Notes: generated by a model not told the origin, from the letters alone. Shown: positions 1-9,747, numbered from the stretch's first letter. The stretch: 64,000 nucleotides of DNA from an uncultured Alphaproteobacteria bacterium (GCA_902613995.1 CACMJG010000002.1:74922-138921), one strand, 5' to 3'. A program made the numbers and translations.

Positions 1-218
1 CCTCTTTCTTGAGACGGACTGATTTGTAAAATCAATAATTTTGCCAATGTCCACGTGTTTGCATGGAGTTTTAATATCTGGAATGCTACTTAAAGTTGAG
101 ATGTGTGTCCATCCGATTTTTTTGTCATTAAACTTTATCGGAAGATACTCTGAAAGATCATAATCGTTAATCTGTCTGAGTATATGAATTGCTAAATCTA
201 AAGTTTTTTTTTACTCAT
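1..218 (-). CDS. 5' part of a probable DUF4743/NUDIX-family protein running off the window; the coupled ATG is out of frame with the body at an A9 run
   Basis: ATG at 218 overlaps the ecm stop (TAATG) but reads MSKKKL*. The -1 frame is open to the window edge (TLDLAIHILRQINDYDLSEYLPIKFNDKKIGWTH...), which resembles DUF4743-NUDIX N-termini. Not in the ORF track. Confidence 0.5.
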
Positions 219-2197
219 TAATGTGCCTCTTTAATGATTTGAGTTATTCGTTTCATTATTTCTTCAATTTTAAAATCCTTTGGTGTAAAAACCTCTTTTA
301 TGCCAAAAGACTTTAATTTTCTTTCATCAGAGGGAGGAATAATTCCTCCTACAATTACAGGTATTCTTGAAAAGTTATTCCTTTTTAAAAGATTCATGAT
401 AACTTTAACTAGATGAACATGTGATCCAGAGAGTATTGATAAACCAATTATGTGAACTCCTTCTTCTATTGCAGCAACTACGAGTTGCTCGGGTGTTGAT
501 CTTATTCCGTCATAAACTACTTCCAAGCCAATATCTCGTGCTCTAACTGCTATTTGTTCAGCACCATTAGAGTGCCCGTCTAAACCAGGTTTGCCGACCA
601 GCATCTTAGGACGTCTTTTAAGTTTGGAAGTTATTTTGTTAATTTCTTTTTGAATTTGATGTATATCGGAGTCGTCCGACCTGGCTTTCGAGATATGAGA
701 CGAAACTATTCCTGTTGGAGCTCTATATTCTCCAAACACTTCTCTCATAACATTAGACCATTCTCCGGTTGTTACCCCTTGATGAGCGCAATCGATAGAA
801 ACTTTCATAATATTTCCCCCCTCAGTGGCAATTTCCTTCAACTTTTTAAGGCATAAGACGGCTTTTTTATTATTTCTTTTTTCTTTCCAATTTTTTACAT
901 TATTGATTTGAGTCCTCTCAGCTTCATCATTCACCTTCATAAATCCACCATCTTTTTCATTTACTAAAGGTGAAATTTCTCCTTCTGCAAAACAGTTGAC
1001 ACCGACAACTTTTTGTTCGCCTTGCTCTATATTCTTCTGTCTATTTGTTTGCGATTCAACAAGTTGACTTTTCAAATAACCATTTTCAATTGCTGGAATC
1101 AATCCTCCAATTTTATCTATTTTTGATAATTGATCGTGAGCAGATTTTTTCAAATGTTTTATTTTTTCTTTTAATACTTTTGAACCTTCAAAAATATCAG
1201 AAAATTCTAATAAGTCTGTTTCATATGCCATAATTTGCTGTAGTCGAAGACTCCATTGTTGATCCCATGGTCTAGGAAGACCAAGAGCTTCATTCCACGC
1301 TGGAAGTTGAACGGCTCTTGCTCTAGAATTTTTAGCAATTACAACCGGAAGCATTTGGATTAAAATTCTGTAAACATTATTCTCAGGTTGTAATTCAGTT
1401 AACCCAAGAGAGTTAACTTGCATACCATACCTAAATCTTCTGTATTTTGGATCTGAAATCTTAAACCTTTTGGAACATATTTCATCCCAAAGTTCAGTGA
1501 AAGATGCCATTTTTGCAGTTTCAGTTACGAATCGCATTCCTGAGTTAACAAAAAAACTTATTCTTCCTACAATCTTTTCAAAAAGAGGTTTCTTAATTTT
1601 TTCAGAATTATGTAAATATTCTAAAACTCCAATTGCTGTAGCCAAAGCAAAGGAGAGTTCTTGCTCGGGTGTTGCTCCTGCTTCCTGAAGGTGATACGAA
1701 CAAATATTGATGGGGTTCCATTTAGGTATTTCACTGGTTGTGTATTTAATAATATCAGTGGTTAACTTTAAACTAGGTTCAGGAGGAAAAATGTAAGTAC
1801 CTCTTGAAAGATATTCTTTTGTAATATCATTTTGTGTAGTGCCAGCAAGATGCTTCTTGTCAACCCCTTGTTTCTCAGCTGTAGCAATATATAAGGCTAG
1901 TAACCAAGGAGCTGGAGCATTAATAGTCATTGAAGTGTTCATTTTTTCCAAGGGAATTTTGTTAAAAAGAGTTTGCATATTTCCAATGTGGCTGATTGGG
2001 ACTCCTACTTTACCAACCTCACCTTTTGAAAGAATATGATCTGAATCATATCCGGTTTGTGTGGGTAAATCGAAAGCAACTGATAAACCTGTTTGACCTT
2101 TTTTTAAATTTTCTCTGTAAAGTCTGTTAGAGGCTTCTGCTGAAGAGTGACCAGCATAAGTTCTTATCATCCATGGCTTATCTTTAACTTTATTCAT
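218..2197 (-). CDS. ecm: Ethylmalonyl-CoA mutase (B12-dependent, MeaA type)
   Basis: PWMIRTYAGHS N-terminus, GLSVAFDLPTQTGYD, C-terminal DGHSNG B12-binding motif, divergent from ccr. ATG at 2197 preferred to the track TTG at 2233. Confidence 0.93.
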   Translation of the reverse strand: MNKVKDKPWMIRTYAGHSSAEASNRLYRENLKKGQTGLSVAFDLPTQTGYDSDHILSKGEVGKVGVPISHIGNMQTLFNKIPLEKMNTSMTINAPAPWLLALYIATAEKQGVDKKHLAGTTQNDITKEYLSRGTYIFPPEPSLKLTTDIIKYTTSEIPKWNPINICSYHLQEAGATPEQELSFALATAIGVLEYLHNSEKIKKPLFEKIVGRISFFVNSGMRFVTETAKMASFTELWDEICSKRFKISDPKYRRFRYGMQVNSLGLTELQPENNVYRILIQMLPVVIAKNSRARAVQLPAWNEALGLPRPWDQQWSLRLQQIMAYETDLLEFSDIFEGSKVLKEKIKHLKKSAHDQLSKIDKIGGLIPAIENGYLKSQLVESQTNRQKNIEQGEQKVVGVNCFAEGEISPLVNEKDGGFMKVNDEAERTQINNVKNWKEKRNNKKAVLCLKKLKEIATEGGNIMKVSIDCAHQGVTTGEWSNVMREVFGEYRAPTGIVSSHISKARSDDSDIHQIQKEINKITSKLKRRPKMLVGKPGLDGHSNGAEQIAVRARDIGLEVVYDGIRSTPEQLVVAAIEEGVHIIGLSILSGSHVHLVKVIMNLLKRNNFSRIPVIVGGIIPPSDERKLKSFGIKEVFTPKDFKIEEIMKRITQIIKEAH

Positions 2198-2297
2198 TTT
2201 TAACTTAAATAATATTATTTTTAATACTAACAAGAAATTTCATTTATTTTTTAATTTTTAGTGGTATAAATCATTTTAAAGTATCACAGGAACCATT

Positions 2298-3527
2298 ATG
2301 ACTGCAAAGAAAATTTATGAGATTGGTGAAATTCCAAGTCTGGGCGAAGTGCCCGAAGAAATGTACGCGTGGGTTATAAGAGAGGATAGATTAGGTTTTC
2401 CAGAGGACGCCATGCAAATTGAGAAGATGCCAGTTCAAAAACCTGGTAAAGACGAAGTTCTTGTGATGGTTATGGCAGTTGGAATAAATTACAACAATGT
2501 TTGGGCATCCCAAGGTATTCCAATATCAGTTATTGGAAAAGATACAGGATACCATATCGGAGGTTCAGACGCATCTGGTATTGTTTGGGCAGTCGGGGAA
2601 AATGTGAAAAGATGGAAAGTTGGTGATGAGGTTATTATTCATTGTAATAGAGACGATGGGGACGACGAAGAATGTAATGGAGGAGAACCAATGTATTCAA
2701 AATCTCAGAGGATTTGGGGGTACGAAACTAATGATGGCTCTTTTGCACAGTTTACAACAGTTCAATCAAGACAACTACTAAAAAAACCTGAGCATCTTTC
2801 ATGGGAAGAAAGCGGTTGTTACACCTTAACATTAGCAACCTCTTTCAGAATGCTTTTTGGCCACCCACCTCATGATTTAAAACCTGGTATGAATGTTTTG
2901 GTTTGGGGAGCCTCAGGGGGAATTGGCAGCATGGCCGTCCAGATATGTAAGGCGGTCGGTGCAAATGCAATAGGTATCATTTCAGATGACGAAAAAATCC
3001 CATTTGTTAAAGAACTTGGTGCAGTTGGAGTGCTGAACAGAAAAAATTATAATTGTTTTGGACAACTTCCAGATGTCAAAGATCAATCTGAATATTCTAA
3101 TTTCATAAAAAATTGTAGAGTTTTAGGAAAAGACATTTGGGAAATCACTGGAAAAAAAGATGTAGATATAGTTTTTGAACATCCTGGAGAATCAACCTTT
3201 CCAGTTTCCTGTTATTTGGTAAAGACTGGAGGGATGGTTGTAATTTGTGCTGGAACATCAGGGTATAACTTAACAATGGATGCGCGATATGTTTGGATGA
3301 GACAAAAAAGAATTCAAGGCAGTCATTTTGCAAACTTGTTTCAAGCCAAACAAGCAAATGACATGATGATAAACAGGTTAATAAAACCTTTAATGTCTGA
3401 GTGTTTCAAATGGAGCGAAATCCCGGTGGCTCATACTAAGATGATGAACAATAAACATCTTCCTGGTAATATGGCGGCTTTAGTTCAAGCAAAAAAGACT
3501 GGAATGAAAAGCTTTAATGAATTATAA
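2298..3527 (+). CDS. ccr: Crotonyl-CoA carboxylase/reductase
   Basis: MDR fold with INYN, HIGGSDASG, IWGYET, WMRQKRIQGSHFAN; AGGA RBS; next to ecm. Confidence 0.95.
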   Translation: MTAKKIYEIGEIPSLGEVPEEMYAWVIREDRLGFPEDAMQIEKMPVQKPGKDEVLVMVMAVGINYNNVWASQGIPISVIGKDTGYHIGGSDASGIVWAVGENVKRWKVGDEVIIHCNRDDGDDEECNGGEPMYSKSQRIWGYETNDGSFAQFTTVQSRQLLKKPEHLSWEESGCYTLTLATSFRMLFGHPPHDLKPGMNVLVWGASGGIGSMAVQICKAVGANAIGIISDDEKIPFVKELGAVGVLNRKNYNCFGQLPDVKDQSEYSNFIKNCRVLGKDIWEITGKKDVDIVFEHPGESTFPVSCYLVKTGGMVVICAGTSGYNLTMDARYVWMRQKRIQGSHFANLFQAKQANDMMINRLIKPLMSECFKWSEIPVAHTKMMNNKHLPGNMAALVQAKKTGMKSFNEL

Positions 3528-3569
3528 ATATACTTGAATAAGAAATAATAATCATTAAATATAAAGATC

Positions 3570-5255
3570 ATGGATAGTTCAGTTAACATAAATTCAGAAA
3601 TCATTAGTTTTAAAAAATATCTTCTGTCTAACACCGATATATTAAAGGATATTCTAAATAATCTTGAGAAGATTTCATGTAAATCAAGAGAAGCATTTAA
3701 GGCAGTTTTAACGAAAGATAATAGAATCGACAATCAGTTGTTAGAATTAAACCAATCTAAAACACACGGTTTTGCATGGTTTGACACATATAGAATAGGA
3801 TTAAGAGAAACACTTAATTGGTTTACCCGCCTTCACGACGACGAGAAATCTTCAGAAATTGATGCTGCTGTAACACTGTTCGCCTTCGCTGAATATCTAA
3901 CTCAAATGAGGAATGGTATAATGATGAGTCAATCAGAGATAGTCAGACCGTCTGATCTTCATCTAGATGAAACCGATTTTGCATTTATGAATGATGAATC
4001 AGTGAAAGACTTAATAGACATTGGTCTTTCTGATAAGATCAAAACGGTAATTGTTGATTCACTTGATAAAGATATCCACCCTAATCTAGGTCTGAATGAT
4101 GAAACTCTTGATATGATCCAAGATCAATTTAAAAAATTTACAGAGGAAGAAATTCTACCTCATGCCAATGAATGGCACTTAAAAGATGCTTTGATTCCAG
4201 ATGATGTTCTTAAAAAAATGGCTGAGCTAGGAGTATTTAGCATCGCAATACCCGAAAGTTATGGTGGATTAGGAATGGGTAAAGTCGCGATGTGCGTCGT
4301 GACAGAAGAACTTTCAAGAGGTTTTTTAGCTGCGGGATCTTTAGGTACCCGCGCAGAAATTGCAGGTGAGCTAATAAGACTGGGTGGTACAGAAGAACAG
4401 AAAAAAAAATATTTGCCTGAGATCGCCTCAGGTAATATTTTGACAACGGCAGTCTTCACCGAACCAAACACCGGATCAGATCTAGGTAGCCTTTCAACTA
4501 GAGCTCAGCCTCAGGGAGATGATTACATCATAAATGGAAACAAAACTTGGATAACCCATGGTGCTAGATCAGATTTAATGACAGTCCTTGCTAGAACAGA
4601 CATGAACCAGAAAGGCTATAAAGGGCTCAGCATGTTTTTAGTGGAAAAGCCGAGAGGAAATTGTGAAAAACCTTTTCCTATGGAAGGAATGTCAGGAAGT
4701 GAAATCGAAGTCTTAGGTTACAGAGGAATGAAAGAATATGAGATAGCTCTTGAAGATATTAAAGTAAGCAAGAAAGATCTTTTAGGTGAACAAGAAGGTA
4801 ATGGATTTAAACAACTCATGGAAACTTTTGAATCTGCCAGAATTCAGACAGCCGCTAGAGCTGTGGGAGTTGCACAAAACGCCCTTGAGCTAGGCTTACA
4901 GTATGCGAAAGATAGAAGTCAATTCGGTAAACAAATACTTAAATTTCCTAGAATACTCAATAAGTTAGCTTGGATGGCTATGGAAACAACTGTTGCTCGA
5001 CAAATAACATTATTTTCTGCTAGAGAAAAAGACAATGATATTAGATGCGATATTGAGGCAGGTATGGCTAAACTTCTTGCTGCGAGAGTTGCATGGAGCA
5101 ACGCTGATAGCGCTCTTCAAATTCATGGTGGAAATGGTTATGCACTTGAGTATCCAATCAGTAGAGTTTTATGCGATTCAAGAATCCTTAATATTTTTGA
5201 AGGGGCCGCGGAAATTCAGGCTCAAATTGTTGTAAAAGGTTTGTTAGCCCGATAA
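3570..5255 (+). CDS. mcd: (2S)-methylsuccinyl-CoA dehydrogenase
   Basis: 561-aa acyl-CoA dehydrogenase with a long N-terminal extension (HGFAW), FTEPNTGSDLGSL, VLGYRGMKEYE, NIFEGAAEIQA; ethylmalonyl-CoA context. Confidence 0.9.
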   Translation: MDSSVNINSEIISFKKYLLSNTDILKDILNNLEKISCKSREAFKAVLTKDNRIDNQLLELNQSKTHGFAWFDTYRIGLRETLNWFTRLHDDEKSSEIDAAVTLFAFAEYLTQMRNGIMMSQSEIVRPSDLHLDETDFAFMNDESVKDLIDIGLSDKIKTVIVDSLDKDIHPNLGLNDETLDMIQDQFKKFTEEEILPHANEWHLKDALIPDDVLKKMAELGVFSIAIPESYGGLGMGKVAMCVVTEELSRGFLAAGSLGTRAEIAGELIRLGGTEEQKKKYLPEIASGNILTTAVFTEPNTGSDLGSLSTRAQPQGDDYIINGNKTWITHGARSDLMTVLARTDMNQKGYKGLSMFLVEKPRGNCEKPFPMEGMSGSEIEVLGYRGMKEYEIALEDIKVSKKDLLGEQEGNGFKQLMETFESARIQTAARAVGVAQNALELGLQYAKDRSQFGKQILKFPRILNKLAWMAMETTVARQITLFSAREKDNDIRCDIEAGMAKLLAARVAWSNADSALQIHGGNGYALEYPISRVLCDSRILNIFEGAAEIQAQIVVKGLLAR

Positions 5256-5446
5256 TGGAATCCTTTCTAAACTTCATAATAGTAATATGTCTAATCACAA
5301 CATTTCTTGTACTTCTGATTGGACTCTTTCATACAGCTAGATCCAACGAGGAAAATAATAAGATCAATTTATTCATGAGGTACAGAGTAGCGATACAATT
5401 TGTGACACTTACAATTTTAACGGTCGCCCTTTTCTTAAAATCTTAG
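5255..5446 (+). CDS. HIG1-like twin-transmembrane-helix small protein
   Basis: 63 aa with two hydrophobic helices around N.FMRYRV.IQ; usual position upstream of pduO-etfB. Confidence 0.8.
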   Translation: MESFLNFIIVICLITTFLVLLIGLFHTARSNEENNKINLFMRYRVAIQFVTLTILTVALFLKS

Positions 5447-5454
5447 GAGACAAA

Positions 5455-6003
5455 TTGGTTAAGCTTGATAAAATTTATACTCGAGGAGGGGATAAAGGTT
5501 TAACGAGTCTTGGTGATGGTTCAAGAGTCCAGAAGAGCAACATAAGAATAAAAGCATACGGTGACATAGATGAAGCAAACTCATCATTAGGAATATGTGT
5601 ATTCTTATCCAATAAAGATTTAAAAAAAATACTGCTTGAGATTCAAAACCATCTTTTTGATATCGGGGCAGACTTGTGTTTTCCTGAAAATTCAAAAAGA
5701 CATGTCACAATATCAAGTGATAAAATTAATTTTCTTGAAAATGAAATCGACCAAATGAATAAGGAATTAGATAAATTGCAGTCATTTATTCTGCCTGGTG
5801 GAAGTCAACTTTCGTCATTTCTTCATTTATCAAGATCTAATGTCAGAAGAGCAGAAAGATCAATTATAGAATTAAATGATAAAGAAAAAGTAAGTCCCGA
5901 TATAATTAAATATGTAAACAGACTCTCTGATTTTCTTTTTGTAGCTGCTAGGTTTGAGAATAAAAAAGATGGTGATATACTTTGGATTCCAAATAAAAAT
6001 TAA
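5455..6003 (+). CDS. pduO: ATP:cob(I)alamin adenosyltransferase, PduO type
   Basis: [40 protein letters not shown] start after GGAG. Confidence 0.93.
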   Translation: MVKLDKIYTRGGDKGLTSLGDGSRVQKSNIRIKAYGDIDEANSSLGICVFLSNKDLKKILLEIQNHLFDIGADLCFPENSKRHVTISSDKINFLENEIDQMNKELDKLQSFILPGGSQLSSFLHLSRSNVRRAERSIIELNDKEKVSPDIIKYVNRLSDFLFVAARFENKKDGDILWIPNKN

Positions 6004-6017
6004 TTAAGGAAAAGGTT

Positions 6018-6773
6018 ATGAAAGCATTAGTTTGTGTAAAAAGAGTTATCGATTATAATGTTAGAATAAGAGTAAAATCTGATAAATCAGGTGTAGAAAC
6101 TGACAATGTCAAGATGTCTATGAATCCATTCGATGAGATCGCAGTAGAAGAAGCAGTTAGAATGAAGGAGAAAAGTCAAATTCAAGAAATAGTCATTCTA
6201 TCAATAGGAACTGACAAATCTCAAGAAACAATTAGATCCGGACTTGCAATGGGTGGTGACAGAGGTATTTTAGTAAAAACAGATAAAGAACAACTAGAAC
6301 CTCTGACTGTAGGAAAAATAATTAAAGCCGTTTCTGATAGAGAGAAGCCAGATCTCATTATATTAGGCAAACAAGCCATAGACGATGATTGCAATCAAAC
6401 AGGTCAAATCGTAGCCACATTATTAGAAATTCCCCAAGCAACCTTTGCTTCAGAATTAAAAAAAAATGATGACAACACTCTCGAAGTTACAAGAGAGGTT
6501 GATGGTGGACTAGAAACTGTAAAAGTCAATATTCCTTGTGTTGTAACAACAGATTTACGTTTAAATGAACCTAGATATGCATCTTTACCTAATATTATGA
6601 AAGCTAAACAAAAAAAAATTGATGTTCTTGAAATTGGAAGTTTTGGTGTAGATATTAAAGATAGACTACAAGTTTTGGAGGTAAATGAACCTCCGGAGAG
6701 AAAACCAGGTATCAAGGTTGATGACGTGGAAGCACTTGTAAATAAACTTAAAAATGAGGCAAAAGTATTATGA
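6018..6773 (+). CDS. etfB: Electron transfer flavoprotein beta subunit
   Basis: [41 protein letters not shown]. Confidence 0.96.
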   Translation: MKALVCVKRVIDYNVRIRVKSDKSGVETDNVKMSMNPFDEIAVEEAVRMKEKSQIQEIVILSIGTDKSQETIRSGLAMGGDRGILVKTDKEQLEPLTVGKIIKAVSDREKPDLIILGKQAIDDDCNQTGQIVATLLEIPQATFASELKKNDDNTLEVTREVDGGLETVKVNIPCVVTTDLRLNEPRYASLPNIMKAKQKKIDVLEIGSFGVDIKDRLQVLEVNEPPERKPGIKVDDVEALVNKLKNEAKVL

Positions 6774-7705
6774 AAGTTTTAGTAATAATTGAGCATGATA
6801 ATGAAACTGTAAAACAATCGAGTTTCTCAACTATAACTGCTGCTAAAGAAATAAGTGATTCAGTTGAGGCAATAGTTCTTGGTCAAGGTTTGGATTCAGT
6901 GATAAACGAATTAAAAAAGTCTGATCATCTTAAAAAAATTTATAAGATAGATAATGAGTTATTTAAAAATCCATTGGCTGAAAATTTATCCAATGCAATT
7001 CAAAAGTTTGCTGAAGGTTCCGATTACACGCACATACTCTCTCCATCGAGCACATTTGGAAAAAATATGTCTCCAAAACTGTCAGCTCTAATGGATGTTC
7101 AACAGATCTCTGATATTACTAAAATTATAAGCGACGATACTTTTGAAAGACCAATTTATGCAGGTAATGCTATTGCAAAAGTAAAGTCCAGTGATCAGAT
7201 AAAAGTCATCACTGTTCGATCTACATGTTTTGAACCATGTGCTTTAAACTCAAGTGTTGATGTCGAAAGTTTAACAGTGAATCTAGATAAAAATAACTCA
7301 GTTAGTTTTGTAAGTTATGATAAATCTAAGTCAGATCGTCCAGAATTAACAAGTGCTAAAATAGTGATATCAGGCGGAAGAGGTATGCAAAATGGAGAAA
7401 ACTTTAGACTATTAGAGGGTATAGCAGACAAACTAGGTGCTGCCATGGGCGCAAGTAGAGCGGCTGTCGATGCTGGTTTTGTTCCGAATGATTGGCAAGT
7501 TGGTCAAACCGGAAAAATAGTGGCACCAGATTTGTACATAGCTGTTGGAATTTCTGGAGCAATACAACATATTGCTGGGATAAAAGATTCAAAATTTATA
7601 GCCTGTATTAACAAGGATGAGGAAGCTCCAATTTTTAACTTTTCTGATTATGGTCTAGTTGGCGATCTTTTTGAACTTCTACCAAAGTTAGAGGAAAAAT
7701 TATAA
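6770..7705 (+). CDS. etfA: Electron transfer flavoprotein alpha subunit
   Basis: [38 protein letters not shown]. Confidence 0.96.
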   Translation: MKVLVIIEHDNETVKQSSFSTITAAKEISDSVEAIVLGQGLDSVINELKKSDHLKKIYKIDNELFKNPLAENLSNAIQKFAEGSDYTHILSPSSTFGKNMSPKLSALMDVQQISDITKIISDDTFERPIYAGNAIAKVKSSDQIKVITVRSTCFEPCALNSSVDVESLTVNLDKNNSVSFVSYDKSKSDRPELTSAKIVISGGRGMQNGENFRLLEGIADKLGAAMGASRAAVDAGFVPNDWQVGQTGKIVAPDLYIAVGISGAIQHIAGIKDSKFIACINKDEEAPIFNFSDYGLVGDLFELLPKLEEKL

Positions 7706-8209
7706 TAGTCTTTCAAGTTCGGTGAGAAGCTCTTTGTTTAACCAATCAATGTAACCCTCTACCCTTGACAGTTCATATGGCCCCTTTGTGATAATTAAAG
7801 TGGTTGGCATTACTTTAACCTCTAGTTCTTTTGTTAAATTAAGCTTTTTATCAATATATGTTTGAAAATTTTCTAACTCGTTTTTTTTTAAGAATTTAGG
7901 CACAACTTTTGAAGGATTTGCATCAACTGAAACAAAAATAATTTCAATGTCCCTTTGAAATCTTTTTTCTAAATTTAATAGATCCGGGATTTCCTTGATA
8001 CATGGTGGACACCACGTAGCCCAAAAGTTCACTAAAATTAGTTTTTTTTTATTTAATTTATTAGCAACTTCAACCTTTTTACCATCCACGGTTTCTAAAT
8101 CAAAAAAATTAATTTTTTTAGCTGGATTGTGTAATAATAGTTGATTGTTCTCATATGAATAAGATAAATTTGAAATAACTAAAGAAATAATAAAAATAAA
8201 AAACTTCAT
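7700..8209 (-). CDS. TlpA-family thioredoxin-like disulfide reductase
   Basis: NFWATWCPPC motif and N-terminal signal/anchor. The second Met (8209) is preferred because of promoter geometry. Confidence 0.88.
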   Translation of the reverse strand: MKFFIFIISLVISNLSYSYENNQLLLHNPAKKINFFDLETVDGKKVEVANKLNKKKLILVNFWATWCPPCIKEIPDLLNLEKRFQRDIEIIFVSVDANPSKVVPKFLKKNELENFQTYIDKKLNLTKELEVKVMPTTLIITKGPYELSRVEGYIDWLNKELLTELERLL

Positions 8210-8228
8210 GTGCATATTATAACATAGA
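8209..8228. promoter_or_regulatory. Bidirectional promoter with overlapping -10 elements, predicted to give leaderless mRNAs for the TlpA-family gene and argH
   Basis: Minus strand TGT-TATAAT(8221-8216)-N6-ATG(8209); plus strand TATTAT(8215-8220)-N7-ATG(8228). Confidence 0.6.
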
Positions 8229-9616
8229 TGAAAAAAACGACAAATTTAGTTTGGGGTGGAAGGTTCGAGTACGATTCTTCAGATATTTTAAAAAGAATTA
8301 ATAATTCAATAAGTTTTGATTATAACTTGGCCCATCAGGATATAAAACTAAATAAACAATACGCTAAATCCTTATTTAAAGCAAAAATACTAAGTGTGGA
8401 GGAGTTAAAAAAAATAAATGTTGCATTGGATGATATAAACCAAGAAGTAAAAAAAAAAAAATTTAAGTTTTCCGATGATTTTGAAGATATTCATATGAAT
8501 ATTGAAATGGCACTAAGAAAAAAAGTAGGAAGGTTAGCTGGAAAGCTTCATACTGGAAAATCAAGAAACGACCAAGTTGTCACAGATGTAAAGATGTGGA
8601 CAAAAGAAAAAATAAAAAATGTAATAGATAAGATAAAAAAAATTCAAAAAACAATTATTAAAAAATCGGAGTCTAATCTTGATGTCATAATGCCAGGTTT
8701 TACGCATTCTCAAAATGCTCAACCAATTTTATACGCGCATTATCTATTATCTTTTTTTGAAATGTTTGAAAGAGACAAAAAAAGAGCAAAACAGCTTTTA
8801 GAAAACATTAATGAGTGTCCTCTAGGATCTGGAGCATTAGCTGGTACAAACTTTTATGAAATTGATAGGAAAGCTCTCGCTAAAAATCTAGGCTTTAAAA
8901 AACCGACTGAAAATTCTTTAGATAGTGTCTCCGATAGAGATTTTGTGATAGAGTTCTTATGCTTGTTATCGATCTTAAGTATGCATTTTTCAAGGATATC
9001 AGAAGACTTCATAATATGGTCAGGAAGTGCCTATGATTTTTTAAAATTTCCTGATAATTTGTGTACAGGGTCCTCAATTATGCCACAAAAAAAGAATCCA
9101 GATGCAGCCGAGCTTGTTAGATCAAAATGTGGAAGAATATATTCATCACTATTAAATTTACTTATTATACAAAAAGGTCTTCCAAGTGGTTACAGTAAGG
9201 ATCTTCAAGAAGATAAGGAACCATTATTTGATGCCTTCAGAACTATTGACTTACTACTAGATATTGTTAATGAAATGATAGATTCAGTAACAATAAATAA
9301 GATTAAAATGTATGATCTTTCAAAAAAGGGTTACATGACTGCAACGGATCTTGCTGATTGGATTGTGAAAAAAACGAACTATACTTTTAGAGAAGCTCAT
9401 AACATAACAGGTAAGATTGTGTTGATGGCGGAAAAGAAAAAAAAAGAATTGAGTGAGTTAACGTTACAAGAATTTAAACTTGTAGAACCCAAAATAAGTA
9501 AAGATATATTCAACTATGTATCCTTAGAAAATTCGGTTTCTAGTAAAAATTCATATGGTGGTACGAATATTAACCAAGTTTTAAAGGCAATTAAAAGAGC
9601 CAAAAAAAAAATCTAA
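8228..9616 (+). CDS. argH: Argininosuccinate lyase
   Basis: WGGRF, LHTGKSRNDQV, GSSIMPQKKNPD, YSKDLQEDK. Confidence 0.96.
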   Translation: MKKTTNLVWGGRFEYDSSDILKRINNSISFDYNLAHQDIKLNKQYAKSLFKAKILSVEELKKINVALDDINQEVKKKKFKFSDDFEDIHMNIEMALRKKVGRLAGKLHTGKSRNDQVVTDVKMWTKEKIKNVIDKIKKIQKTIIKKSESNLDVIMPGFTHSQNAQPILYAHYLLSFFEMFERDKKRAKQLLENINECPLGSGALAGTNFYEIDRKALAKNLGFKKPTENSLDSVSDRDFVIEFLCLLSILSMHFSRISEDFIIWSGSAYDFLKFPDNLCTGSSIMPQKKNPDAAELVRSKCGRIYSSLLNLLIIQKGLPSGYSKDLQEDKEPLFDAFRTIDLLLDIVNEMIDSVTINKIKMYDLSKKGYMTATDLADWIVKKTNYTFREAHNITGKIVLMAEKKKKELSELTLQEFKLVEPKISKDIFNYVSLENSVSSKNSYGGTNINQVLKAIKRAKKKI

Positions 9617-9747
9617 TGCAGAACAAATCTTTTATTAAATTAATAATTTTTTTCTGTTTAATATCCTTTATGTCTTGTGGTAAAAAATCCCGTTTAGAAA
9701 GATATCCTGGAAGTGACTATCCAAGAAACTATCCAAATAATGATTAA
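9616..9747 (+). CDS. Small lipoprotein, LptM/YifL-like (43 aa)
   Basis: MQNKSFIKLIIFFCLISFMSCGKKSRLERYPGSDYPRNYPNND: signal peptide, then C-G-x-K. TAATG overlap with argH; overlaps the lysA start. Below the ORF-track cutoff. Confidence 0.75.
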   Translation: MQNKSFIKLIIFFCLISFMSCGKKSRLERYPGSDYPRNYPNND

